A DNA stretch of 32,000 nt from Clostridia bacterium. Lineage in GTDB: Bacteria; Bacillota; Clostridia; TANB77; RGIG9151. Below are positions 7,883 to 16,311 of this stretch, piece after piece. The DNA is taken from the NCBI GenBank assembly GCA_017934955.1, contig JAGBIO010000005.1:39642-71641 (forward strand), written 5' to 3'. How positions within the stretch are numbered: position 1 is the first letter of the stretch; every line of letters begins with the position of its first letter. Position numbers and translations under genes: made by a program. The notes under the pieces are model-generated. The model did not search any database. It was not told the origin of the DNA and saw only the letters and a program-made list of their open reading frames with translations.

Positions 7883-7921
7883 GTACGGAGTGAGAAGGAA
7901 GCTAAAATAAGGAGCAAAAAG

Positions 7922-8599
7922 ATGAATTTTATTGAGTTGGAAGAGAAGAAGATGACGGAGGCAAGGGTTCGAAAGATTGAGGCAGAAAAAGAAAGATTAT
8001 TGAAAATGCAGCGATTTGAGAGACCTTTGTATGAAAAAGGGATACACTATATTGCGGGAATTGATGAAGTTGGTCGTGGTCCGCTTGCCGGTCCGGTAGT
8101 GACTTGTGCGGTGATTTTGGATCCGGAGACTTTGATTGAGGGAGTAAATGATTCGAAAAAGGTTTCGGAGAAGAAGCGGGAAAAATTGTTTGATGTGATT
8201 TTAGAAAATTGTGTGGCTTACGGAATCGGGATGGCGAGTGAGAAAGTGATTGATGAAATCAATATTTTAAATGCGACGAAACGGGCGATGTTGGAGTCGA
8301 TTGAGAATTTATCGGTTTATCCGGAACATATTTTGATTGATGCGGTAAGATTAGAGACCGAGATTCCGATTACGCCACTTATTAACGGAGATGCTCTTAG
8401 TATTTCGATTGCGGCGGCATCGATTGTGGCGAAGGTGACGAGAGATCGTTTGATGAGGGAGTACGATAGTATTTATCCGGAGTATGGTTTTGCACAAAAT
8501 AAGGGATACGGAACGGCGGCACATATTGAGGCGATTAAGAAATATGGTCCATGCCCGATTCACAGGAGGAGCTTCTTAAAAACAATTTTGGAAAAATAG
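7922..8599 (+). CDS. rnhB: Ribonuclease HII
   Basis: GIDEVGRGPLAGPVV and DSKK motifs. The tracked ORF start at 7874 lies inside a repeat hairpin. ATG 7922 behind AAGGAG (7909-7914) is preferred. Confidence 0.85.
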   Translation: MNFIELEEKKMTEARVRKIEAEKERLLKMQRFERPLYEKGIHYIAGIDEVGRGPLAGPVVTCAVILDPETLIEGVNDSKKVSEKKREKLFDVILENCVAYGIGMASEKVIDEINILNATKRAMLESIENLSVYPEHILIDAVRLETEIPITPLINGDALSISIAAASIVAKVTRDRLMREYDSIYPEYGFAQNKGYGTAAHIEAIKKYGPCPIHRRSFLKTILEK

Positions 8600-8740
8600 T
8601 TTTTAAGAAAGAATAAAGAAAAAAGAAGAAAGAAGAAAAAATGAAGTTTTTCGTTTTAACGAAAAACAACCAAGTTTATTATTTATTCAATATTCTTTAT
8701 TATTTATTCTTTAACGGTTTTCATTGGGGTGAGATTGTTT

Positions 8741-9043
8741 ATGGATATTCATGAGGTTAATAGGACGAATTATGTTTCGCAGGTGAATCCGGATGCGAAA
8801 CGAGATCGATTTCACAAGGGGAAAAAGTTTCGTTCGAGGATTAAAAATATTACGCGGGACGGAGAAGTGGAATTGGAGTTAGAGGACGGAATTATTTTGA
8901 ATGCACGTTTGGAGGAGCGAATTGCGGCGGGAATCGGAGATGTGGTGCTGTTTGAGATTACCGAGAGAACGGAGGAGCGAATTCAATTGAAGTATATTCC
9001 GGAGGAGGATGACGGAGAGAAGAGGTTTGATGTAAGAGTTTAG
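8741..9043 (+). CDS. Hypothetical small protein (100 aa), basic N-terminus and acidic C-terminus
   Basis: ORF with GGGGTGA RBS 8 nt upstream of ATG 8741. No family recognised with confidence. Confidence 0.5.
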   Translation: MDIHEVNRTNYVSQVNPDAKRDRFHKGKKFRSRIKNITRDGEVELELEDGIILNARLEERIAAGIGDVVLFEITERTEERIQLKYIPEEDDGEKRFDVRV

Positions 9044-9063
9044 AAAATGAGAAAGGATTTTGC

Positions 9064-9441
9064 ATGGAAAAGTATAATAAGATATTGGGGAATTTCGGCG
9101 AGGATGCAGCAGAAAAATTTTTGAAGCGGCAGGGTTATAAAATCCTTGAGCGAAATTACCGATGCCGATTTGGAGAAGTTGATTTGGTTGCGTTAGAGGA
9201 CGGTTGTTTGGTTTTCGTGGAAGTGAAAACACGCGTTTCGGAAAAGTACGGAAATCCTTCGAATGCAGTGAATGGGATGAAGCTACAGCATATGAAGAAG
9301 ACGGCTCTTTCTTATATCAATTATCGAAGGATGGGAGATTATCCGGCGAGATTTGATATTGCGGAAGTGTTTGCGGATAGCGGAGAAAAGGGATTTGAGA
9401 TTAAGAAGATTCATTTAATTAAGAATATTTTTTTGTATTGA
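9064..9441 (+). CDS. yraN: YraN-family (UPF0102) endonuclease-like protein
   Basis: GEDAAEKFLKRQGYKILERNYRCRFGEVDLVA..VFVEVKTR is the typical YraN signature, and the gene follows rnhB as it does in many Firmicutes. Confidence 0.8.
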   Translation: MEKYNKILGNFGEDAAEKFLKRQGYKILERNYRCRFGEVDLVALEDGCLVFVEVKTRVSEKYGNPSNAVNGMKLQHMKKTALSYINYRRMGDYPARFDIAEVFADSGEKGFEIKKIHLIKNIFLY

Positions 9442-9482
9442 TAGAAATGATTGAATTTAATGAAGACTCAAAGTGAGTGTAG

Positions 9483-9670
9483 GGACAGCATGAATGCTGT
9501 CCGTACAGTAAATTAAGAATTAAAGTGGGAATATGGACATCAAATTAAGAACTAAAGTGAGTGTAGGGACAGCATGAATGCTGTCCGTACAGTAAATTAA
9601 GAATTAAAGTGGGAATATGGATATCAAATTAAGAACTAAAGTGAGTGTAGGGACAGCATTTATGCTGTCC
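9483..9670. repeat. Tandem array of 3 hairpins (cores 9483-9502, 9567-9586, 9651-9670), exact 84-bp period
   Basis: The unit GTGTAGGGACAGCATGAATGCTGTCCGTACAGTAAATTAAGAATTAAAGTGGGAATATGGA[C/T]ATCAAATTAAGAACTAAAGTGA occurs 2.4 times. The last core has loop TT. Confidence 0.9.
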
Positions 9671-9713
9671 GCGAAAAGGCACAAAGTAAATTTTGTATTA
9701 AGGGGCGAGGAAT

Positions 9714-11027
9714 ATGCGTATATTTGATATTATTGCGAAAAAAAGAGATGGCGGGGAATTGACGAAGGAGGAAATTGAATTTTTTATTCAGGGATATACC
9801 GCAGGGGCGATTGAGGATTATCAGGCGTCGGCTTTGGTGATGGCGATTTATATTAACGGAATGTCGAAACGGGAAACGGCGGATTTGACTTTGGCGATGG
9901 CGCATTCGGGTGATATGGCGGATTTGTCGGGTATTAATGGGGTAAAAGTGGATAAACACAGTACCGGTGGTGTCGGAGATAAGACGACGATGGTTGTGGC
10001 GCCTCTTGTAGCAAGTTTTGGAGTTCCGGTGGCGAAGATGTCGGGACGTGGACTTGGTCATACCGGCGGGACAATCGATAAGTTAGAATCGATTCGCGGA
10101 TTTCAGACGGCTATGCCGATTGAGAAGTTTATTGAAAATGTGAATACGATTCATATTGCGGTAGTAGGACAAACCGGGGATTTGGCACCGGCGGATAAGA
10201 AGTTGTATGCACTTCGTGACGTAACAGCTACCATTAGCTCGATTCCTTTAATTGCAAGCAGTATTATGAGTAAGAAAATCGCCGGAGGGGCGGATGCGAT
10301 TGTATTAGACGTGAAGTTTGGCGATGGTGCTTTTATGAAGACTTTAGAGGATGCGAAAACGTTGGCTAAGGCAATGGTAGATATCGGCGAAATGGTAGGC
10401 AGAAAGACGGTTGCTGTGATTTCGAACATGAATGAACCTCTTGGATTGGCGATTGGAAATGCGTTAGAGGTGGAGGAAGCGGTGGCGACGTTAAAGGGAA
10501 ACGGACCGAGAGATTTTGAAACGGTTTGTGTGGAATTAGCGGCACAGATGCTTTGCTTGGCGGGAAAAGGAAGTACAGATACGTTAAAGGAAGAGTTACA
10601 TACAAGGCTACAAAACGGTGTTGCGTTTGAAAAGTTTAAGGAGTTTGTGGCTGCGCAAGGCGGAGATGTTTCGGTGATTGAAAATTTGGATTTGTTACCG
10701 TCTGCCGAGTCGGTTGAGCCGATTTATGCGAAGAAATCCGGCTATATTAACAAGATTGAGGCGGAAAAATTAGGAATTGCTTCTATGTTGCTTGGAGGCG
10801 GCAGGGCGAAGAAAACCGATTTGATTGATTATGGTGTGGGAATTATTCTCAATAAAAAAGTTGCGGATTTTGTAAATGTTGGAGACAAAATTGCCGATTT
10901 ATATGTAAATGACAGAAGTAAATTGGCGGACGCTGTAAGTTTGATCGATGAGGCTTTTTCTTATCAAGAGGAGCGTTTAGAGGAAGAAACGTTAATTGCG
11001 GGAATTATTAGGGGAGACGAAAATTAG
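9714..11027 (+). CDS. pdp: Pyrimidine-nucleoside (thymidine) phosphorylase
   Basis: DKHSTGGVGDK and SGRGLGHTGGTIDKLE motifs. 437 aa. Confidence 0.9.
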   Translation: MRIFDIIAKKRDGGELTKEEIEFFIQGYTAGAIEDYQASALVMAIYINGMSKRETADLTLAMAHSGDMADLSGINGVKVDKHSTGGVGDKTTMVVAPLVASFGVPVAKMSGRGLGHTGGTIDKLESIRGFQTAMPIEKFIENVNTIHIAVVGQTGDLAPADKKLYALRDVTATISSIPLIASSIMSKKIAGGADAIVLDVKFGDGAFMKTLEDAKTLAKAMVDIGEMVGRKTVAVISNMNEPLGLAIGNALEVEEAVATLKGNGPRDFETVCVELAAQMLCLAGKGSTDTLKEELHTRLQNGVAFEKFKEFVAAQGGDVSVIENLDLLPSAESVEPIYAKKSGYINKIEAEKLGIASMLLGGGRAKKTDLIDYGVGIILNKKVADFVNVGDKIADLYVNDRSKLADAVSLIDEAFSYQEERLEEETLIAGIIRGDEN

Positions 11028-11041
11028 AGCGGAGGTAATTT

Positions 11042-11506
11042 ATGAAATGTCCTTTTTGTTATGTGCCGGAGAGTAAGGTTATTGATTCGCGACCTTCGGA
11101 TAACGGCGCAAGTATTCGAAGAAGACGGGAATGTGTGAGTTGTGGCAGGAAGTTTACAACGTATGAGCGAGTGGAAGAGATTCCGATTATGGTAATTAAG
11201 AAAGATGGAAGTCGTCAGGCTTTTGATCGAATGAAGATTACAAACGGAATTATGCGGGCTTGCGAGAAGCGTCCTGTGACGATGGACCAGATTGAGGAGA
11301 AGGTAAATCAGGTTGAGGCGAAAGTGTATAATAAATTGAGTAAGGAAATTTCTACAACGGAAATTGGAGAATTTGTGATGGATGCGCTAAAGGAGCTTGA
11401 CGATGTGGCGTATGTTCGTTTTGCATCGGTTTACCGGCAGTTTAAAGATTTGAATTCTTTTTTGGAGGAACTGCATGGACTTTTAGAGAAAAATGAGAAA
11501 AAGTGA
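11042..11506 (+). CDS. nrdR: Transcriptional repressor NrdR (zinc ribbon plus ATP-cone)
   Basis: MKCPFC..VIDSR...[17 protein letters not shown] followed by an ATP-cone domain. Confidence 0.9.
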   Translation: MKCPFCYVPESKVIDSRPSDNGASIRRRRECVSCGRKFTTYERVEEIPIMVIKKDGSRQAFDRMKITNGIMRACEKRPVTMDQIEEKVNQVEAKVYNKLSKEISTTEIGEFVMDALKELDDVAYVRFASVYRQFKDLNSFLEELHGLLEKNEKK

Positions 11507-11509
11507 TTA

Positions 11510-11529
11510 GGACAGTATGAACGCTGTCT
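11510..11529. repeat. Degenerate hairpin copy (GGACAGTATGAACGCTGTCT followed by GTACACAG)
   Basis: Three mismatches to the family consensus, immediately after the nrdR stop codon. Confidence 0.6.
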
Positions 11530-11592
11530 GTACACAGAAGGTATATAGGAAAGAAAAGAACAAAAGAAGAAAAAGGAGAGGAGTCTTGTTTC

Positions 11593-13221
11593 ATGCAAAT
11601 ATCTTTTTTAGGTGCGGCAAGGACGGTAACGGGATCTTGTTTCTTGGTTACAACAAATAAGTATAAGTTTTTAGTGGATTGCGGAATGTTTCAAGGGCAG
11701 AATAAAGAGGTAATGTTAAATGTAGATGATTTTACTTTTGCTCCGAATACGATAGATTTTATGTTTTTGACGCATGCGCATATCGATCATTCGGGAAGGA
11801 TTCCGAAGCTGTTTAACGATGGCTTTACCGGTAAGATTTATACGACGAAAGCGACGGCGGATTTGTGCGGAATTATGCTACCGGATAGCGGACATATTCA
11901 GGAGATGGAAATCGAGTGGATTAACCGGAAGCGTGTGAGAGCGGGAAAACATGAGATTCCGCCACTTTATACGGCGGAGATTGCGCTAAATTGCTTGAAG
12001 TTGTTTGAGCCGATGCCGTATGATGAAGTGATTCAAATTAACGATGAAATTAAGGTGAGATTCCGAGATGCCGGTCATATGTTAGGGTCTGCCGTGATTG
12101 AACTTTGGGTGAATGAAAACGGAAAAGAGACAAAGGTAGTTTTTACAGGAGACTTAGGAAACAGCGGTACGCCGATTTTGCGTGATCCGGAGTGGGTTGG
12201 TTCGGCAGATATTTTAGTAATGGAATCGACTTACGGGGATCGAAATCATAAAGATCGGGAAGATCGGTTTGAAAATTTTGTAGATATTGTGAATGAGACT
12301 TTGGATAAAGGCGGAAGAGTGGTAATTCCTTCTTTCGCGGTGGGAAGAACGCAGGAAATTGTATATGGGTTAAATCAAAATCAGAATAAATTTAAGGAAA
12401 AGTATGAAAGAATTTTGAGAACTCCGGTTTATGTAGATAGTCCGTTAGCGATTTCGGCGACGGAGATTTATAAGGAAAATCCGCAGTGTTATGATGAAGA
12501 GGCGAGAAGATACATTTTGGAGAATAAAAATCCGGTAGATTTTCCGACTTTGAAATTGACACGTACGGTGGAGGAGTCAAAGGCGATTAATGAAACGGAT
12601 GAGCCTGCCATTATCATTTCGGCGAGCGGAATGTGTGAGGCAGGAAGAATTCGACATCATTTAAAACATCATTTGTGGGAAGAAAACAGTACGATTTTGT
12701 TTGTCGGACATCAGGCGCAGGGTACGTTGGGCAGAAGATTGGTGGACGGCGAAAAGCAGGTTCGGATTTTTGGAGAAGATATTACCGTAAAGGCGAGAAT
12801 TGAGTTTATTGAGGGATTCTCCGGGCATGCCGATCAAAAGACACTATTAAATTGGCTTGGAAATTTTGAGAAGAAGCCACAGACAATTTTTGTGGTTCAC
12901 GGTGATCCGGATGTGCAGGATGTTTTTGCGAGCGTTATCAGTGATACATACGGAATTCGTACGATTGTTCCGAATCGAGGAGATATCTTTGATATCGGGG
13001 AAGACAGAGTGGCTCAAGTCGGAGAAGAATCCAATGAAAGAAAATATAGATTTATGTGTCTTGAAATTTTGGAGAAACTTAATCTTTTGAAAGATGAAGT
13101 AGATGAGATGTGCTTGATGATTAAAGAGGATTTGAGAGCCGGAATGAGTAGTGAAGAGTTTGAGGATATGAAGGCGCGGTTAAGAAAGGTTGAAAAGTCG
13201 ATTATTGCGACATTAGAGTAG
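11593..13221 (+). CDS. Metallo-beta-lactamase / beta-CASP family RNA-processing nuclease with C-terminal coiled-coil extension
   Basis: HAHIDHSG (HxHxDH). Beta-CASP-like ESTYGDR and GFSGHAD motifs. 542 aa. Confidence 0.75.
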   Translation: MQISFLGAARTVTGSCFLVTTNKYKFLVDCGMFQGQNKEVMLNVDDFTFAPNTIDFMFLTHAHIDHSGRIPKLFNDGFTGKIYTTKATADLCGIMLPDSGHIQEMEIEWINRKRVRAGKHEIPPLYTAEIALNCLKLFEPMPYDEVIQINDEIKVRFRDAGHMLGSAVIELWVNENGKETKVVFTGDLGNSGTPILRDPEWVGSADILVMESTYGDRNHKDREDRFENFVDIVNETLDKGGRVVIPSFAVGRTQEIVYGLNQNQNKFKEKYERILRTPVYVDSPLAISATEIYKENPQCYDEEARRYILENKNPVDFPTLKLTRTVEESKAINETDEPAIIISASGMCEAGRIRHHLKHHLWEENSTILFVGHQAQGTLGRRLVDGEKQVRIFGEDITVKARIEFIEGFSGHADQKTLLNWLGNFEKKPQTIFVVHGDPDVQDVFASVISDTYGIRTIVPNRGDIFDIGEDRVAQVGEESNERKYRFMCLEILEKLNLLKDEVDEMCLMIKEDLRAGMSSEEFEDMKARLRKVEKSIIATLE

Positions 13222-13356
13222 GAAAGGAGTGGACCCATATGAACCCATTATTTATTTTTTCAAGAACAACAGAAGAGAATAAGTATAACAATAGAATGGT
13301 AAAATTTGTAATGGGGGGGGACACTATTAGATAAAAAGAAGAAAGAAGAAAGAAAA

Positions 13357-13400
13357 GGAAGTAGTTTAAAGTCATAAGGGCTTTAGACTGCTTCCTTTTT
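13357..13400 (+). terminator. Strong intrinsic terminator, 26 nt upstream of the next start codon
   Basis: 15-bp continuous stem (GGAAGTAGTTTAAAG / CTTTAGACTGCTTCC, two G.U pairs), 9-nt loop, then TTTTTGTGTTTT. Confidence 0.75.
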
Positions 13401-13425
13401 GTGTTTTAAAGAAAGGGTGGATGAG

Positions 13426-15369
13426 ATGAAGAGAGGTTTGAAATTTAGTTTATTTCTGTTAATGATGGGGGTGATGTTGGGAATAGGCAGTGTTGCGGAG
13501 GCGGCAGTTCCGGCTTATAGTTATACAGGAACGTCGAGTACGTCAACGGATAGCAATTATTGGTATATTTACTTAAAATCTTCCGGAACGCTGAAATTTA
13601 CCAGTGAATCACCGAAAATTGATGCTTTCCTAGTAGGAGGAGGCGGTGGTGGTGCTCAATCCTGGTATGATAGTAACTATGGTCAAGGAGGCGGTGGCGG
13701 TGGCTATACCAAAACGGTAGACAATATTTCCTTAACAAGTGGAACCGGATATGCAATTACCATAGGCGCTGGAGGTGCTGGACTTTGCGATAGTGAAAGG
13801 TACGCTGGAACCGGAGGCACAACATCTGCATTTAACTATAGTGCAGCCGGAGGTGGAGGCGCAAAGAAGAGTGGTAGTGGTAACTCTTTGGGAGGAACGG
13901 GCGGTTCAAATGGTGGGACCCCCGGAAATGCAGGAAGTAATGGTGCATATGCATTTGGTGATAGTAGTTTAAGTCGTTATGGAGCTGGCGGCGGAGGCGG
14001 TGGTAATGCCGGAGCTGCCGGAGCTGCCGGAGGTGCTAACGGTGGAGGAACCGGAGGAAATGGATATTCAAATCCTGCTGGCCAAAATGGAACAGCGAAT
14101 ACCGGCGGAGGCGGAGGCGGTGCAGGCGGTAACGGCGGTTGGTCTTGTGAAGAGGCCGGCGGAACCGGAGGTAGCGGTATCGTTATCATTCGAGGGTGTT
14201 TAGCTCATAAAGGAGGAACGCATGCGAATGGAGGAAAGTGTACCACTTGTGGAGTTGTATACCAAACACACAGTCAATCAAGCACGGTATCAAGTTACAC
14301 CAAAACGAGCACGCAACATACACCGAATTACGCATGTAGCTACAGCGGATGTACGACGACATATGCGGGAACGGCGGCGAACCATAGCGGAGCGACGCAT
14401 AATAACGGAGGAAAGTGTACCGTGTGTGAGTATGTATACCAAACACACAGTCAATCAAGCACGGTATCAGGTTATACGACAACAAGCACGCAACATACAC
14501 CAAATTATGCATGTAGCTACAGCGGATGTACGACGACATATGCGGGAACGGCGGCGAACCATAGCGGAGCGACGCATAATAACGGAGGAAAGTGTACCGT
14601 GTGTGAGTATGTATATGAAACGCACAGTCAGTCGACGGCAATTGTAAGTTATACGCAAACAAGCACACAACATACGCCAATTTATGCGTGTACGTTAAAC
14701 GGATGCTCGGGAACATATGCCGGAACAACAGAACTCCACAGCGGAGGCGGAGAAAATGACGGAATGTGCGGGATTTGCGGAATGCAGTATCAAACGCATA
14801 GTCCTTCTACGAATATCGTAACTTATAAGCAAACAGAAACACAACATACACCAATTTATGAATGTAATGTAACGAATTGTACACAACTTTATTTAGGAAC
14901 AGCAGAAAATCATAGCGGAGCGACGCATAATAATGGGGGAAAATGTACCGTTTGCGGATATGTTTACGAAACCCATGGTCAATCTGAAACGGTTGTCTCC
15001 TATACGCAACAAGAAACAGGACATATTCCTGTGTATGGTTGTACCTATAGTGGATGTGCATCAACTTATACCGGAACATTACAACTCCATGACGGAACGA
15101 TAGAATTACATGTAGCAAACAGTTCTTGTGAATCGTGCGGTTGGGGAAGTGAAAATACGGGTGGAACGTATGTATTAACAATAAATTATAATGATACTGT
15201 CGTAACAAAAGACGTGGAATCGGGTAGAATTGTAACGTTAGGAATAGGAAGTCGTGTTGATGCGACATATACTGTAACTACCGGAAATGCTGTACTAAAA
15301 ATGTATGGAACTCGTCGGCAATTTGTGATGCCGGCAGAAAATGTTACGATTACAATCCAAGATATATAG
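13426..15369 (+). CDS. Secreted glycine-rich protein with 5.5 tandem 59-aa Cys/His modules and a C-terminal beta-rich domain
   Basis: RBS AAAGGGTGG. Signal peptide MKRGLKFSLFLLMMGVMLGIGSVAEA. GGGGGG runs ending in GSGIVIIRG. Repeats of H.G.TH.NGGKCT.C.YVY.THSQS...Y..T.TQHTP.Y.C...C...Y.GT. C-terminal F.MPAENVTITI resembles InlB-B-repeat-like domains. Confidence 0.8.
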   Translation: MKRGLKFSLFLLMMGVMLGIGSVAEAAVPAYSYTGTSSTSTDSNYWYIYLKSSGTLKFTSESPKIDAFLVGGGGGGAQSWYDSNYGQGGGGGGYTKTVDNISLTSGTGYAITIGAGGAGLCDSERYAGTGGTTSAFNYSAAGGGGAKKSGSGNSLGGTGGSNGGTPGNAGSNGAYAFGDSSLSRYGAGGGGGGNAGAAGAAGGANGGGTGGNGYSNPAGQNGTANTGGGGGGAGGNGGWSCEEAGGTGGSGIVIIRGCLAHKGGTHANGGKCTTCGVVYQTHSQSSTVSSYTKTSTQHTPNYACSYSGCTTTYAGTAANHSGATHNNGGKCTVCEYVYQTHSQSSTVSGYTTTSTQHTPNYACSYSGCTTTYAGTAANHSGATHNNGGKCTVCEYVYETHSQSTAIVSYTQTSTQHTPIYACTLNGCSGTYAGTTELHSGGGENDGMCGICGMQYQTHSPSTNIVTYKQTETQHTPIYECNVTNCTQLYLGTAENHSGATHNNGGKCTVCGYVYETHGQSETVVSYTQQETGHIPVYGCTYSGCASTYTGTLQLHDGTIELHVANSSCESCGWGSENTGGTYVLTINYNDTVVTKDVESGRIVTLGIGSRVDATYTVTTGNAVLKMYGTRRQFVMPAENVTITIQDI

Positions 15370-15399
15370 CAAAAAGTTTTTGTGTGATAGAAAATTCAA

Positions 15400-15437
15400 A
15401 GAGGGTGTGAATCGAAAAGGATTCACACCCTCTTTTC
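15400..15437. terminator. Bidirectional intrinsic terminator between convergent genes
   Basis: AGAGGGTGTGAATC-GAAAAG-GATTCACACCCTCT, a 14-bp stem flanked by an A-run and a T-run. Confidence 0.85.
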
Positions 15438-15459
15438 TATAAGGGGAGTTGAAATGACA

Positions 15460-16311
15460 TTATAAGCTTTGTAAAAGCTGTAAGATGGATTCGTTTTGTT
15501 TGTTGGCTTGGGCTAACATTGTCATGGCAACTTGAGATAGCATTGCATATTTTGTATAATTCATCATTTCTTCTGCCATATCGACGTCGCGAATACGAGA
15601 TTCGGCAGCGGTTAGATTTTCTTCGGTAGTTTCTAAGTTATTCATGGTATAGTCTAAACGGTTTTGTACGGCGCCTAAGGTGGTTCGTTGTAAAGTAACT
15701 TTGGAAAGGGCGGAGTCGATTCCTTTTAATGTTTCATTCATTGCACTTGGGGAAGAAATATCGATGGAGAATCTTGCTCCTTCTGTATCGGAGAGTCCTT
15801 TGGAGGACATATCGTTGATTTCAACGGAGATTCGATCGCAGTCATTGGTGCTTGCCCCTACTTGAAATACGGCAGGGGAATCTTTTCCGCAGGAGCCGTC
15901 TAAGATGTTTTTGGTGTTAAAGGTTGTGGTGGCAGCGATTCGGTCAATTTCGTCACGAAGAGAGGAAAGTTCTACTTCGATGGCGCTTCGGTCGGATTCA
16001 GAAAGAACGCCGGTATTTTGCGCTTTAATTACTAATTCGCGCATTCTTTGTAAAATATCCGTACTTTGTTCTAAGGCGCCTTCGCCGGTTTGAAGAAAGG
16101 AAACGGCATCTTGCACGTTGGATTGCGCTTGACGAAGCCCACGAATTTGAGCGCGCATTCTTTCACTGATGGCAAGCCCTACCGGGTCGTCGGCAGCACT
16201 ATTAATTCGTAGTCCGGAAGCGAGTCGTTTCATAGACTTTTCCATATAAGATTGATTTTTTCTTAAGGCGTTTAGTGCATTTAACGCCATGACATTGGAA
16301 TTGATTCTCAT
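15460..16311 (-). CDS. fliC: Flagellin (283 aa)
   Basis: MRINSNVMALNA start, LASGLRINSAADD, C-terminal AESRIRDVDMAEEM..LAQANKQ..LQLLQSL. The start was set at ATG 16311, behind GGAGGAGG. Confidence 0.9.
   Translation of the reverse strand: MRINSNVMALNALNALRKNQSYMEKSMKRLASGLRINSAADDPVGLAISERMRAQIRGLRQAQSNVQDAVSFLQTGEGALEQSTDILQRMRELVIKAQNTGVLSESDRSAIEVELSSLRDEIDRIAATTTFNTKNILDGSCGKDSPAVFQVGASTNDCDRISVEINDMSSKGLSDTEGARFSIDISSPSAMNETLKGIDSALSKVTLQRTTLGAVQNRLDYTMNNLETTEENLTAAESRIRDVDMAEEMMNYTKYAMLSQVAMTMLAQANKQNESILQLLQSL

Noticed and set aside
8611-8642. Purine-only tract AAGAAAGAATAAAGAAAAAAGAAGAAAGAAGAAAAAA, sharing AAAAGAAGAAAGAAGAAA with 13325-13350, with a similar tract at 11545-11575
   Set aside because: These are low-complexity A/G runs in intergenic DNA. 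The shared 18-mer is not flanked by further similarity, so I treat it as compositional and not as a repeat family.
8646-8667. Hairpin GTTTTTCG-TTTTAA-CGAAAAAC as the rnhB terminator
   Set aside because: The stem is short and AT-rich and is not followed by a T-run on the + strand. It is too weak to call.
13311-13331. Tiny leader ORF ATG GGG GGG GGA CAC TAT TAG (MGGGHY) as a glycine-sensing attenuation peptide for the downstream glycine-rich protein
   Set aside because: It has no Shine-Dalgarno sequence, I could not find an alternative antiterminator pairing, and the logic is reversed relative to classic amino-acid attenuators. It is kept only as a note under the G8-tract finding.
13775-14886. 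Alternative-frame and antisense ORFs inside the glycine-rich gene (for example 13977-14189 poly-Pro, 14186-14728, 14222-14647)
   Set aside because: These are frame-shifted or antisense readings of GGN-rich and repeated DNA. They have no RBS, and the + frame with signal peptide and RBS explains the region.
14200-15150. Diversity-generating retroelement (template/variable repeat) explanation for the intragenic repeats
   Set aside because: There is no reverse transcriptase or accessory gene in the window, differences between repeats are not adenine-specific, and the repeats are in-frame tandem modules.
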